From NCBI GenBank assembly GCA_951406725.2, contig OX597814.1, forward strand, positions 620,001 through 684,000: a stretch of 64,000 bases of DNA, written 5' to 3'. Within the stretch, counting starts at the first letter, position 1. Each line of letters starts with the position of its first letter. The notes beneath the pieces are model-generated. The model did not search any database. It was given only the letters and a program-made list of their open reading frames with translations, and was not told the origin of the DNA. The translations under genes were made by a program, and so were the position numbers. Source of the stretch: Octopus vulgaris. Taxonomy: Eukaryota. This document shows, one piece after another, positions 12,948 to 24,597 of the stretch.

Positions 12948-13186
12948 AAGACGGCAAGCTGGCAGAATCGTTAGCACGCCGGGCGAAATACGTAGCCGTA
13001 TTTTGTCTGCTGTTATGTTCTGAGTTCAAATTCCGCCGAGGTCGACTTTGCCTTTCATCCTTTCGGGGTCGATGAAATAAGTACCAGTAACACACTGGGG
13101 TTCGATGTAATAGACTTAATATGTTTGTCTGTCCTTGTTTGTCCCCTCTGTGTTTAGCCCCTTGTGGGTAGTAAAGAAATAGGTAT
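12948..13186 (+). mobile_element. Family C SINE nested in Gypsy protease region
   Basis: tggcagaatcgttag (A-box-like) and gagttcaaattcc (B box), then gcctttcatcctttcggggtcgat. TSD tattttctcttatg at 12934-12947 and 13184-13197. Confidence 0.9.
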
Positions 13187-13199
13187 TTTCTCTTATGTA

Positions 13200-14400
13200 G
13201 ACCTTCACTTTGAACATCTTCCCATGAAATGTTACATCCGGCCTCAATTCGCCCAGGAATTGAACTTGCTGTCCAGAGACTCCACGAGCTTTGTTTTCTT
13301 GAATGTAGGTCTTGCAATTTTCTTCCAAGTTTCAGTATTTAATATTAAGATATCGCTCCCTGTGTCCATCTTGTGTGAACATTATTAATTTTTGCGGATA
13401 CAAATTTTCGTTTTTTGTCTCACTATCCGTTTTCATTGAAAACACTTCATTTATTTTCCATTTGACCTTTCCTTTTTCGCCCACCACTACAACTGTTTAT
13501 GCCCCATTTTGCCACAAGCAAAACATCCTTTATTCCCAAAGGGGCAGTCCCTTTCGAAGTGCAACCATAACATGGTTTGGGCCCTGTTTGTTTTCATTTT
13601 TTGTTTGTCATAGGTCGACTGCCTCTACATTTATTTTATTACTTTCAAGTTTTTCAGTTTCCTGCCATAGGTTGATAATACGTTGACATTCTTCTGCCAC
13701 TTTTTGCAAAGTTAACTCAGTGTCTTGTGTCGATTTTGATAATATTCTCGCTCATGTTTCTGCATCCTCACTTGCAATGAAGTCCTTTGACAAATATCAA
13801 ACATTTAAACATATCTGGCGACAACTCTCCTAATTTGAATCGTTCGCATGCTTTGTTTACAATTCCTGCATATGTAACAAAGTCACCATTTACATAGTTT
13901 TAAAAATTTAGCCATTCCCAACATATGTTGAATAGTGAGCTCTTTTCACTGAATATATTGGTTAATGAACGTAAACAAACACATGAAGTTTGCTTTAGAA
14001 GCGTTGAGATGTCTTAGAAAGTTAAAGAAGTGATTTTAAATTCTCAAAAGCAGAATAATGCTAATAATATTGCCTGAAGAATATTTTATTTCTTTCTTCA
14101 AAACAAATTTCTGATGGCTTTTTTGGTAGAATAAAATTGCAGCATTTCTCCTGCTCTGATGAAGTCAGTTTATGCAAAAGAAGTCTTACCTTCTTTTCGT
14201 TTGTCCAGCCTTTGCACTCCTCTTTGAATATTTCTTTATACTTTCTATATAGTATGAAGAAAATGTGATCCCATCTTCAGGGTTATACAGGAATTCTTCA
14301 ATGGATTCTGCTACTCCATTCACCGAATATAATGTCGCTGCATTCTTGGATTGAAGCAATAACTCCACCAACTACTGCTTTAGCTGTTGTTGTTGTTGTT
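13200..14400 (-). pseudogene. Gypsy gag-protease remnant
   Basis: ESIEEFLYNPEDGITFSSY at the gag N-terminus, a CCHC-like knuckle and a DTG protease motif. Confidence 0.75.
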
Positions 14401-14409
14401 GTTTCTGCT

Positions 14410-14785
14410 GTTGCTGTTGAGCGAACAGTCTTTGTCCCAGAGCTCGCAAGGTGGGAGAAGTCCGAAACGTGGTCCTTTGCGATTTGTAAGACCTGCAGAA
14501 GAGAAAGCAGGTCAACCCCCAACACCGAGAGCAACAACGTATGGATGAATGCACATCCAGGCTCAGCGGTTGCGTAGGAAGTCAGGGACAAGAAACAGGA
14601 AGAAAGAGTGAGAGATAGTTGGGGCGAAAGAGTACAACAGGGGTCGCTAGCACCCGCTGCCGGAGCCTCATGGAGCTTTAGGTGTTTTCGCTCAATCAAC
14701 ACACTCAATGCCTGGTCTGGGAATCGAAACCGCGATCCTCCGACCGCGAGTCCGCTGCCCTAACCACTGGGCCATTGCGCCTTCA
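14410..14785 (-). mobile_element. Family D SINE (tail type 2) nested in Gypsy gag
   Basis: Head aggcgcaatggcccagtggttagggcagcggactcgcggtc...ggtttcgattccc, the common D body and a distinct 3' tail. Confidence 0.85.
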
Positions 14786-14960
14786 CTGTTGTTGCTGTTC
14801 ATGGTATTCTTGCTGCTGTTGCAACAGCTGCTGCCACTGCCACTGCCACTGTGGTTGTTGCTTCACAATGGGAGCCAGTACTTCTTCCATTTTGACACTC
14901 CTACAAGTGTTCGTAACCTCGTTACCACTGTTATAATGACACCATTATACAGTGGGAAGT

Positions 14961-14974
14961 ATCCTCGTCGCTAC
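14961..14974 (-). promoter_or_regulatory. Primer-binding site of the Gypsy element
   Basis: Minus strand gTAGCGACGAGGAT directly after the 5' LTR CA end. It is one change from the common TGGCGACGAGG Gypsy PBS. Confidence 0.7.
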
Positions 14975-15221
14975 TGATATAACATATGACTTCTCATCGT
15001 CACTGTTATATCTGAACTATTATAATATCAAATGTCCCTGATGTCCTCTTATTACTCTCCAACTGCATATCTTCAACCAGCACTCCACACTATCTCTATT
15101 TAATAATTCCTATGGCTGCATATATAACACTCTTCCAAGACTGTTCTGCACCTGCTCGTTTATACTAACTAGTATGGCTCACTTAGCCAACCATGGGGGT
15201 GTACAGATTCCCCATACAACA
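14975..15221 (-). repeat. 5' LTR of the Gypsy element
   Basis: Direct repeat of 9242-9502 with many substitutions. TG...CA termini. Confidence 0.9.
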
Positions 15222-15227
15222 TACTCA

Positions 15228-15605
15228 TTTACTCATTTACTCTTTACTCTTTTACTTGTTTCAGTCATTTGACTGCGGCCATGCTGGAGCACCACCTTTT
15301 AGTACTTATTCTATCGGTCTCTTTTTGCCGAACCGCTAAGTGACGGGGACCTAAACACACCAGCATCGGTTGTCAAGCAATGCTAGGGGGACAAACACAG
15401 ACACACAAACACACATACATATACATATATACACATATATACGACAGGCTTCTTTCAGTTTCCGTCTACCAAATCCAGTCACAAGGCATTGGTCGGCCCG
15501 GGGCTATAGCAGAAGACACTTGCCCAAGATGCCACGCAGTGGGACTGAACCCGCAACCGTGTGGTTGGTTAGCAAGCTACTTACCACACAGCCACTCCTG
15601 CGCCT
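15228..15605 (-). mobile_element. Family A SINE
   Basis: Near-full reverse-complement copy. Confidence 0.85.
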
Positions 15606-16284
15606 ATATATATATATATATTTTGATTTCTCGTATTGTATTTTCTTTTTATTTCTCGTTTTGTATTTTCTTGTACATGTATTTTTATCTTGTATTTTAT
15701 TGTGCAGTTTTATTGTTACGTCCTGTTTGTGTTACATTTTTTCGTGCTTGTTTTACCCCTCTGCGAGGTAATTTTATTTTAATTCTCTCGCAGGAAGGCC
15801 TAGTTTTGACGAGTCGTGTCCTGTCTTGCCTTCGAAACATGCTTGAGTCCACTAGCGACAGCTGATGATTGGGGATTGTTCCTTGTGTAGCATGTCCTGT
15901 ACTCTGTTTTTCTGTTGTAAAAAAATGGCTTTTCCGTTTTCGTTTCTCGTTGAGTTCTATGTCTAGTTGTGGTGTCCTGTACTCACGTATATATATTTAT
16001 ATATGCATGTATATATACATGTAGATGTAGGTACGTACATATATGTTTGTATGTATGCATATATTTTATTTATTACACTATATATATATATACATATACA
16101 CATTGTTAAAAGCATGAAATTGTTATGACTTTTAGACAATAACTGACGAGGGGTGAGCACATCCACATCTTGTAAGTGGTTTTTCAATGTGTTCCTTTGT
16201 TGTCCTGTGCAATTATGTTACATATATATATTCCAACCCATGCTAGCATGGAAAACGGACGTTAAATGATGATGATGATGATGA

Positions 16285-16325
<41 letters not shown>

Positions 16326-16382
16326 TGTAACAAAAAAGCAAAAGACGAAGACAGGTGGTGTAGAAAACAAACAGATGTATTA

Positions 16383-16423
<41 letters not shown>

Positions 16424-16426
<3 letters not shown>

Positions 16427-17163
16427 TCATCATTATCGTTTAGCATCCACTTTCCATGCTAGCATGGGTTGGACGGTTCAACTGGGGTCTGGGAAGCCAG
16501 AAGGCTGCACCAGGACCAGTCTGATCTGGCAGTGTTTCTACAGCTGGATGCTCTTCCTAACGCCACCCACTTCAAGAGTGTAGTGGGTGCTTTTTACATG
16601 CCACTGGCACAGGATTCAGTCACGTGGCCCTGGCATTGATCATGTTCAGATAGTCCTTTTTACGTGCCACTGGCACAGGTGCCAGTCAGGCAGGCCTGGC
16701 ATTGATCACACTTGGATAGTGCTTTTTACATGCCACTGGCACAGGGGCCAGTCAGGGGGTACTGACATCGGCCACATTCGGATGGTGCTTTTTACAGGCC
16801 ACCGGCAAGGGGGCCAATCAAGGGGTACAGGTATCAGCCACAATCAGATGGTGCCTTTTATGTGCCATCGGCATGGGAGCTAGTCTGCGACTGGCTTCCG
16901 TGCCGGTGGCACATAAAATACACCAATCTGACCGTGGCCGTTGCCAGCCTCGCCTGGCACCTGTGCAGGTGGCACGTAAAAAGCACCCACTACACTCACG
17001 GAGTGGTTGGCGTTAGAAACATTGCCAGATAAGACTGCTGTAGAAATATTGCCAGATAAGACTGGAGCCTGGTGCAGCCTTCTGGCTTCTCAGATCCCCG
17101 GTCGAACCGTCCAACTCATGCTAGCATGGAGAACGGACGTTAAACGATGATGATGATGATGAT
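16424..17163. mobile_element. Back-to-back inverted pair of family B elements (16424-16880 minus, 16890-17163 plus)
   Basis: (cat)n at the left end and (gat)n at the right end. The left copy has about 5-6 VNTR units. Confidence 0.85.
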
Positions 17164-17599
17164 ATATATCATCATCATCATCCATACACACACACTCACA
17201 AACACAGACACATTCTGCACACACACACATACTGCACACACACACACAGACAGACACATACTTCAAACTACCAGTTAAACACCTTTCTACTGACCATTCT
17301 CCTACGCACATATGAAGGGAGACACACAACAGACAGCCACTCCTACCAAAATTCTTACTATAAATTCTTCCTACGACATTTAGCAACAATGACACACGTA
17401 CATTTAGCAACAATGACACACGTACACACGTACAATGACACACGTACATAAACAGCCACAAACACACACACACGCACATACGTGCTATCATTACATACAC
17501 ACACACATTCAAACCTGTGCGCATGCACATACCCACACATAGACACACATACCTCCTTCTCTTGCACTCCTCTGTCTTAGAAAGAACTTTTTCTTCAAC

Positions 17600-17820
17600 C
17601 ATTCCCTTCCGGTCATTTCAATATGTGACTGTGTTTGTATCGTTGGCGATTTTCTTTCTCCGTCTTCCCTTCTTTGGACTTTTTCTATATCTCTGATAAA
17701 GAGCTCCGCTCGAAACGTGAAACCCTCTTTCTGTTCTTTCCTTTCCTAAGCGCCAAATAACACAGGACTTGTACCACGTTTTCATGTTGCTGTTTTTCTT
17801 GCTTGATCATGTTTGGATTG

Positions 17821-17822
<2 letters not shown>
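17600..17822 (+). mobile_element. Short non-coding repeat carrying hammerhead motif class c (17689-17723), next to (TA)n
   Basis: CTGATAA-a-gagc(tcc)gctc-GAAA-cg-TG-aaac. The region is the reverse complement of 24365-24572. Confidence 0.65.
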
Positions 17823-17860
<38 letters not shown>

Positions 17861-17884
17861 CACACACATACACACACATATATA

Positions 17885-18221
17885 AAAAGACCCCCTTCGG
17901 TCATGAGTGACCATGGGTTTCCACCTAGAGAGTTACCCTCTGAGGCACAAGTCTGGGCAAGGTTGTTTTTATGGAAGACCAGTAGTCGCCCATGCATACC
18001 AGCCTCCCCTCTCCACGCCACCAGTGTTATCCAAGGGAAAGACAAAGGTCGATACAGCTTGGCACCAGTGACGTCGCAACTCATTTCTACAGCTGAGTGA
18101 ACTGGAGCAACGTGAAATAAAGTGCTTTGCTCAAGAACACAACACGCAGCCCGGTCCGGGATTCGAACTCACAACCTCACGATCGTAAGCTCGACGCTCT
18201 AACCACTGAGCCATGCGCCTC

Positions 18222-18223
<2 letters not shown>
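17885..18223 (-). mobile_element. Family F tRNA-derived SINE, well preserved
   Basis: Head ggcgcatggctcagtggttagagcgtcgagcttacgatcgtgaggttgtgagttcgaatccc, then tgtgttcttgagcaaagcactttatt (CORE-like) and a 3' tail. Partial relative at 48080-48360. Confidence 0.85.
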
Positions 18224-18261
<38 letters not shown>

Positions 18262-18269
18262 CATATATA

Positions 18270-18558
18270 AGGAGGCACAATGGCCTTTTGGTTAGGGCAG
18301 CGGACTCGAGATCATAGGATCGCGGTTTCAATTCCCGAGTGTTTATTGAGCGAAAACACCTAAAAGCTCCACGAGGCTCCAGCAGGGGGCGGTGGTGATC
18401 CCTGCTGTACTCTTTCACCACGGCTTTCTCTCACTCTTTCTTCAGTTGGCCTGCTCGCTTAGCCAGCGGGGTGACATCATTTGAAGTCTAAAACAATGTG
18501 AAGTGCATTGTGACCAGCGATGTGTAGCAACATTTGATAGCCTGGTCAGTCACGATGA
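18270..18558 (+). mobile_element. Family D SINE (tail type 3)
   Basis: D head and body plus tail ...gcattgtgaccagcgatgtgtagcaac...cctggtcagtcacg. Same subtype at 52385-52690 on the minus strand. Confidence 0.85.
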
Positions 18559-18815
18559 TATATATATATATATACACGGTGGCACGTAAAAAGCACCATT
18601 TGATCGTGGCCGTTTGCCAGCCTCGCCTGGTACATAAAAAGCACCCATTACACTCTCGGAGTGGTTGGCGTTAGGAAGGGCATCCAGCCGTAGAAACATT
18701 GCCAGATCAGATTGAAGCCTGGTGCAGCCTTCTGGCTTCCCAGGCCCCAGTTGCACCATCCAACCCATGCCAGCATGGAAAGCGGACGCTAAACGATGAT
18801 GATGATGATGATGAT

Positions 18816-19027
<212 letters not shown>

Positions 19028-19957
19028 TCATTTTTCTGTGCAACATTTCATGCTTGCATTTATATATATGTGCATATATGCGTATGTGTCTATGTACGCA
19101 GACATGTAATTCCTACCAAATGAGTTGAGTGCCATTTTCTTTTGTTTGTCCCTTCACTTTTTTGTGCTGGTGTCAATATGTAATCTCCTTTGTCATTAAC
19201 TTACTTGGATAGTGAATTGAAGATGATAAGACTTTTTTTTTTGGCACCCCCACCCACACCACCACATCCCAACCAATCCCCCCCCCCTGCTCCCAGTGGT
19301 CTAATCAGATTTTTGGCCAGTGAAATATGTTGTTGAAGTTGTGTGCTAAAGGAGAGACAGATAAAGACCAGTTGACAAATAGATTAACAGGATATGATTA
19401 GTGAAAGAAAGAGAGAGAGAGGGAAAGAGAGAGAGGGGGAGAGAAAGAGAGAGAGTGAGTAAGCAAGAGAGAGAGAGTGAGTGAGCAAGAGAGAAAGAGA
19501 GAGAAAAAAGAGAGAGAGAGAGAGAGATGATCAAATAAATGATTCACCAAGGTACTTTGTGTGTGTGTGCATGTGTGACATAGTGTGAGTGTGTGTGTGT
19601 ATGTGGTGTAGTGTGAGTGCAGTGCAGTGTGTGTATGTATTTGGTGTGCTGTGTGCGTGTGCTGTGTGTATGTGGTGTGTGTGTGTGGTGTAGTATGAGT
19701 GCAGCGCAATGTGTGTGTGTGTGGCGTAATGTGAGTGCAGTGTAGTGTGTGTGTGTGTGTGTCAGCCTGACAGGGTATATATATATATCGCAGAGGCTGT
19801 AACCAGAGTCTTAGTAGTTAAGCCTGGTTCCACGGGTAGAAGACCTGTTATTGCTAACGTTTTTTCCAACAACAACCTTGGACACCCTTTTTTGAATTTC
19901 ATGTTTAACACTCGTGAACATGCTTATAAAATCAAAAATCAACACAGAACCCATGAC

Positions 19958-20320
19958 TATTTATTCTCTTACTTGTTTCAGTCATTTGACTGTAGCCATG
20001 CTGGAGCACTGCCTTTAGTCGAACAAATCGGCCCCAGGACTTATTCTTTGTAAGCCTAATACTTATTCTACTGGTCTCTTTTGCCAAACAGCTAAGTTAT
20101 AGGACATAAACACACCAACATTAGTCATTAAGTGATGGTGGGTGTATATATATATATATATACGTGGGCTTGTTTCAGTTTCCGTCCACCAAATTCACTC
20201 ACAAGGCTTTGGTTGGCCTGAGGCTATAGAAGACACTTGCCCAAGGTGCCATGCAGTGGGACTGAACCCAGAACCATGTGGTTGGGAAGCAAGCTTCTTA
20301 CCACACAGCCATGCCTGTGC
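19958..20320 (-). mobile_element. Family A SINE
   Basis: Reverse-complement head, body and tail. Confidence 0.85.
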
Positions 20321-20694
20321 CTTTGTAGATTTTTTCTTTCATCTTTTATTTGTTTCTGTCACTGGGGCACCATCTTGAAGTCTATCGGTTTCTTTTGCCG
20401 AACCATTAAGTTACAGGGATGTAAATAAACCAATATTGGTTGTCAAGTTGTGGTGGGAGACAAATACAAAGACACGCACGCACACACACACACACACACA
20501 CACACATAATGGGCTTCTTTGAGATTCTAGCTCACAATGCTTTGGTCAGCCAAATTCACTTACCCAAGGTACCATACACACACATGCATATGTACATATA
20601 TAATCTTTCTCGCAGAACCCCTAGGAACATTTTGTGGAACCCAAGGGTTGAGAAACGCTGCTTTAGTCACTAAGTCGCATGCCTTCATTATATA

Positions 20695-22105
20695 TATATA
20701 TTTAAAGTATAATTATTAAAATATAATTATAATAAAGAGTGCTGGAGAGACAGTACCTGTACACTAGAAGTAGACGTCAAAGGACTACAAAAAAAAACCC
20801 CGCTCAAGCTATTACTCCATTTAACACAAAGTTGTATGCAAGGAAAATGGGCAGATTGATAAAAATATTGTGGACAACTCTATATCTTAAGATTTCATGT
20901 TTTGCGATATTAAAATCGCTTTACAATCTTCAGTAGAGAAAACAAATTGTAAATAGATGAGAAATACATGCATTTCACACATGTGTGTGAGTGTATGTGC
21001 GCGCGTGCGTGTGAGTGTGTGTGTGTGTATAAAAATACAAACTGGGACAAGAACACAAAACATTTAGGAGACGATACAAAAAACACGGACGGGACATTCG
21101 AAACTTTCAATTTTCAGTCAAGAACCGGATCGTCCTCGCAATTTTGGCTGATATATATATATATATATATATAAATATACGAAGTAAAAATCCCCATCGT
21201 CCATTTCAACCATGGACATATTTACTCAAAATAATTCCACAACAAACATGTTTGCAGAGTGAATGAATATATATTTATATTGTTGTGTGGACACCCCCAG
21301 ACGATGAAGTAGGTTAGCCCAATAAGTAGATATAGAGGGAGAAGTCTAGAGGTCAGGGAGAGACTAGAACAAAGGAGAGCAGAGCACAGCAGGGGAGAGT
21401 AGAGAACAGTGTTGCAGAGAAGGCATCCGAATGTGCGATGTAACATATATATAATTACAATACAGTCATTAATTAATGATTTATCTGTGGCCAGCATACC
21501 AACAAGACCATATTGGTTAATTTATATTTAAAAGATTAATTATTGCTGTGGAATTATTCTGAGTAAATATGCAGATGGTTGAAATGGATGAGGAGGCCTT
21601 TATTTCATACGTGTGTGTGTGTGTGTGTGAAATAAATATATATATTCATATTTGTATGACTGCATATCTATGGTATGTATATATATATTTCTCATTTATT
21701 TACGATCGGTATACTCTACCGAAGATTGTAAAGTGATTTTAATATCACAAAACATGAAATCTCAAGATATAGAATTTTTTAAATCTTTTTTTTTATTTTA
21801 TCTAGTTTCAGCTCACGAGCTGTGGCCATGCTGGGGCACCGCCATTTATCCACAATATTTTTATAAATCCTTTCTCTCTATTTTCCTCGCATACAACCTT
21901 GTGTTAAATGGAATAATAACTTAAGTGGTTTGTATTCCTTTGACATGCACTTCTAGCATACAAGCGCTGTCCCTCCAGTGCCCTATATTATAATTATATT
22001 TTTTATAATTATACTTTAAATATAAATTAACGAATATGATCTTGTTGGTACACTGGCTACAGATAAATCATTAATTAATGACTTTATGCTAATTATGTAT
22101 AAATA
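20695..22105. repeat. Nested inverted-repeat complex
   Basis: Three diverged reverse-complement pairs: 20695-20940 with 21713-22025, 21178-21246 with 21541-21612, and 21447-21530 with 22015-22105. Confidence 0.8.
21281..21445. mobile_element. Probable 165-bp solo LTR
   Basis: TGTTG...TAACA termini flanked by a 5-bp direct repeat tatat. Composition differs from the flanks. Confidence 0.55.
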
Positions 22106-22127
22106 TATATATAAAACTTATTTTATT

Positions 22128-22455
22128 TACTAGTTTCAGCTTGAGAGCTGAGGTCGTGCTGGGTCCCATCATTAGCTTTGCTACACTTTCACTAAACCTT
22201 CTCTGATGAAGGTTTAGTGATGTTGCTGCCCTCATCTGCATTTCTTGCTGTGAGCCAGAACTCTTGACAGGAAGAGAAGAAGTTTTGTTTTAAAGATGCT
22301 TACACCCACCCAGGTAGGTCTCTCGGGCTTTGTGGGAAGATATTGAAAAGCTGTGGGCCCTTGGAACTCAAGCTGTTGCAGTATCTGCTCTTGTATCTTG
22401 ATGGCAATTTGGGGATTTTTGGTACTATGCAGTGGTTCCCCAGTTGACCCAGTTA
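22128..22455 (-). pseudogene. CR1/L2-group LINE ORF2 C-terminus and 3' tail
   Basis: ...YKSRYCNSLSSKGPQLFNIFPQSPRDL...FKTKLLLFLSRV...QQEMQMRAATS, then a tail ending gctgaaactagtaaa. Confidence 0.7.
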
Positions 22456-22856
22456 GCAGACCACATAGAAATCCAATATGGGAGCAAAGTGGTTGAGTTT
22501 CTTTAGAGTGTTGTGCCTCATGGAGGCAATGACTGAGACCTTTTTTAGTGCTTGAGAAGAAGACCCATCAAGCCAAGCAAAATCGCAGTCGTGGCAGATA
22601 CTGGTGTCATGCAAATGGCACCTGTGCCAGTTGCACATAAAAGCACTCATTACACTCTCAGAGTGGTTAGCATTAGGAAGGGCATCCAGCCATAGAAAAC
22701 CATGCCAAACCAGACTGGGGTCTGGTGCAACCTTCCAGCTTTCCAGCCCTGGTCAAACCATCCAACCCATGCCAGCATGGACAACGGATGTTAAATAATG
22801 ATGATGATGATGATTATGCAGAGTTCCAGGAGATCTGATTGTTGAAATCATTTCAT

Positions 22857-23735
22857 AAGGAACATATAAACCATGAAAAGTCAGATTGTATGAGAGGGGA
22901 ATATATTTATTTAACTACATGTTATCCTGAGGATAACAGCCATTTCACAGCCTTCATCATGTAATAATTTCTCTGAGTGTAACAAATTATGTTTACATGT
23001 CTGCACCAAATTGCATGCTGCACTTTATGCAATACAGTTGTATATTCACAAATTAATGCAAATAAAGAAAGCTATCTCATCAGATCCCCAAAACGTTATG
23101 GTTACACCAAGGCTTCTGGTGATCTGATGAGCTAGCTCTCTTTATTTGCATCTAATTTGTGAATATACAATTGTATTGTATCATGTGTAGCATGTGGAGG
23201 CGCAATGGCCCAGTGGTTAGGGCAGCGGAGTCACAGTCGTAGGATTGTAGTTTCAATTCCCAGACCGAACGTTTTGAGTGTTTATTGAGCGAAAACGCCT
23301 AAAGATCCATGAGGATCCGGCAGGGGGTGGTGGCAAACCCTGCTGTACTCTTTCACCACAACTTTCTCTCACTCTTTCTTCCTGTTTCTGTTGTACCAGT
23401 ATTTCAAAGGGTCAGCCTTGACGCACTCTGTGTCACACAAATCCCCCGAAGAACTACATTAAGGGTGCATGTGTCTGTGGGGTGCTCAGCCCCTTGCATG
23501 TTATTCCATTGATTGGATCAACTGGAACTCACATCGTTGTAATCGACAGAGTTCCACAACGACAATGTGTAGCATGCACGATAACGCAGATACGTAAACA
23601 CAATTTGTTATGCACTAAAATTATGACTGCCTGAAGAAGGCTGCGAAACAGCTGTTATCCTAAGCATGACAAGTGGTTAAGTAAAAATATTCATCTCTCA
23701 TTCCTCCAGACTTTTTACCATTTATTTACTCCTCA
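22857..23735. repeat. Long foldback (~250-bp arms, centre ~23103) interrupted by a SINE
   Basis: 22857-23100 is the diverged reverse complement of 23106-23194 plus 23577-23735. Confidence 0.85.
23195..23564 (+). mobile_element. Family D SINE (tail type 4)
   Basis: D head and body. Perfect 12-bp TSD atgtgtagcatg at 23183-23194 and 23565-23576. Confidence 0.9.
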
Positions 23736-23798
23736 TATGTCAATAATTGTATAATAATCTTATAAGGTTACTTTTGTTGTTATTGTAATTATTTTAGT

Positions 23799-24064
23799 TA
23801 GGGCTGTGGAGTCGGAAACAATTAAGGGGTTGGAGTCGGAGCCAGAATCGATAAAACTCTACCGACTCCGACTCCCAGTGTCTTTATTCTTTAATATAAA
23901 CCAGTTATAAGATAAAGGCCTACTCAGAGTACAAGCGTATGCGTATGCTTTATGAGATATGTAGACTACAATCACACTTAATTACATTAAGAGGAGTCGG
24001 AGGTGCCAATAGTAGAGGAGTCAGAGTCGGAGTCAAAGTTTCTTGTTTTGACTCCACAGCCCTG
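23799..24064. mobile_element. hAT-type MITE with (GGAGTC)n subterminal repeats
   Basis: TIR agggctgtggagtc / gactccacagccctg. Inverted sister copy at 39858-40094. Confidence 0.8.
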
Positions 24065-24221
24065 GTTGTCCCTGATGAGGCAGGAACCATAACAATCCTA
24101 TTTTTTTTTAGGTGTATCGAGTACTAACTTATCTAATTTGTTCTTCTTTGAAGGTGGTACAGTGTCATTACGTGACCATTAGCTATTATTTCTAGCAGGA
24201 GGACATAGTTAAGAAGCTTAC

Positions 24222-24251
24222 CTTAAACAATTCACCAGTTTTCAATTAAAC
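24222..24251 (-). other. Candidate 30-bp non-coding micro-exon
   Basis: ttcttattttattttgcAG|GTTTAATTGAAAACTGGTGAATTGTTTAAG|GTaagc: strong consensus acceptor and donor, with stops in all three frames. Confidence 0.45.
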
Positions 24252-24304
24252 CTGCAAAATAAAATAAGAAATATATGAGTATGTGTGTGAATTTGTGTGT
24301 GTTT

Positions 24305-24364
<60 letters not shown>

Positions 24365-24365
<1 letters not shown>

Positions 24366-24572
24366 AAGTTAATCCAAACAAGAAAGCACAATAAAAACAG
24401 CAACGCGAGAACGTGGAACAAATATAGTATTATTGGATGCTCAGAAAGGAAGGAAAGAAGGAGGGTTTAACATTTCAAGCGGAGCTCTTCGTCGGAAACA
24501 TAGGAGAAGGAAAGATCCAGAGAAGGGAAGAGAGAGGAAAAAAAATCGCCATCGGTACACATGAGGTCACAT
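24365..24572 (-). mobile_element. (TA)n-embedded element with hammerhead motif class c (24465-24499)
   Basis: Minus strand gttt-CCGACGA-a-gagc(tcc)gctt-GAAA-tg-TT-aaac. Confidence 0.65.
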
Positions 24573-24597
24573 TTATATATATATACACACACACACA

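Larger units (their letters stand above)
9242..15221 (-). mobile_element. Full-length degenerate Ty3/Gypsy LTR retrotransposon (Mag/K02A2.6-like)
   Basis: Two ~250-bp direct repeats with TG...CA ends, a PBS-like site and a PPT. Domain order gag (CFACGKMGHK knuckle ~13500), protease (MDTGSD ~13360), RT (YLDD), RNase H (VASDTNESGIGAV ~11500), integrase. Many stops and frameshifts. Confidence 0.92.

Noticed and set aside
9237-15226. Target-site duplication for the Gypsy provirus
   Set aside because: The flanks tatat and tactc do not match, and both ends abut later insertions.
15370-15865. Recurrent ORFs with [15 protein letters not shown] / RPRKDERQSRPRRNLNSE / [11 protein letters not shown] peptides suggesting a gene family
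   Set aside because: They are chance translations of SINE and family B consensus sequences, with frames that vary between copies.
16587-16883. CRISPR-like regular repeats with variable intervening sequence
   Set aside because: The intervening parts are homologous to each other (a diverged VNTR in family B), there are no cas genes and the DNA is eukaryotic.
18150-18223. tRNA-like cloverleaf on the minus strand (TAC at the anticodon position)
   Set aside because: The acceptor stem pairs poorly, there is no poly-T terminator and it runs straight into a SINE body that recurs at 48080-48360. It is a SINE head rather than a tRNA gene.
22195-22215. CTGATGA inside a small hairpin (also 15868 and 23124)
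   Set aside because: No properly spaced stem II and GAAA follow, so these were not called hammerheads.
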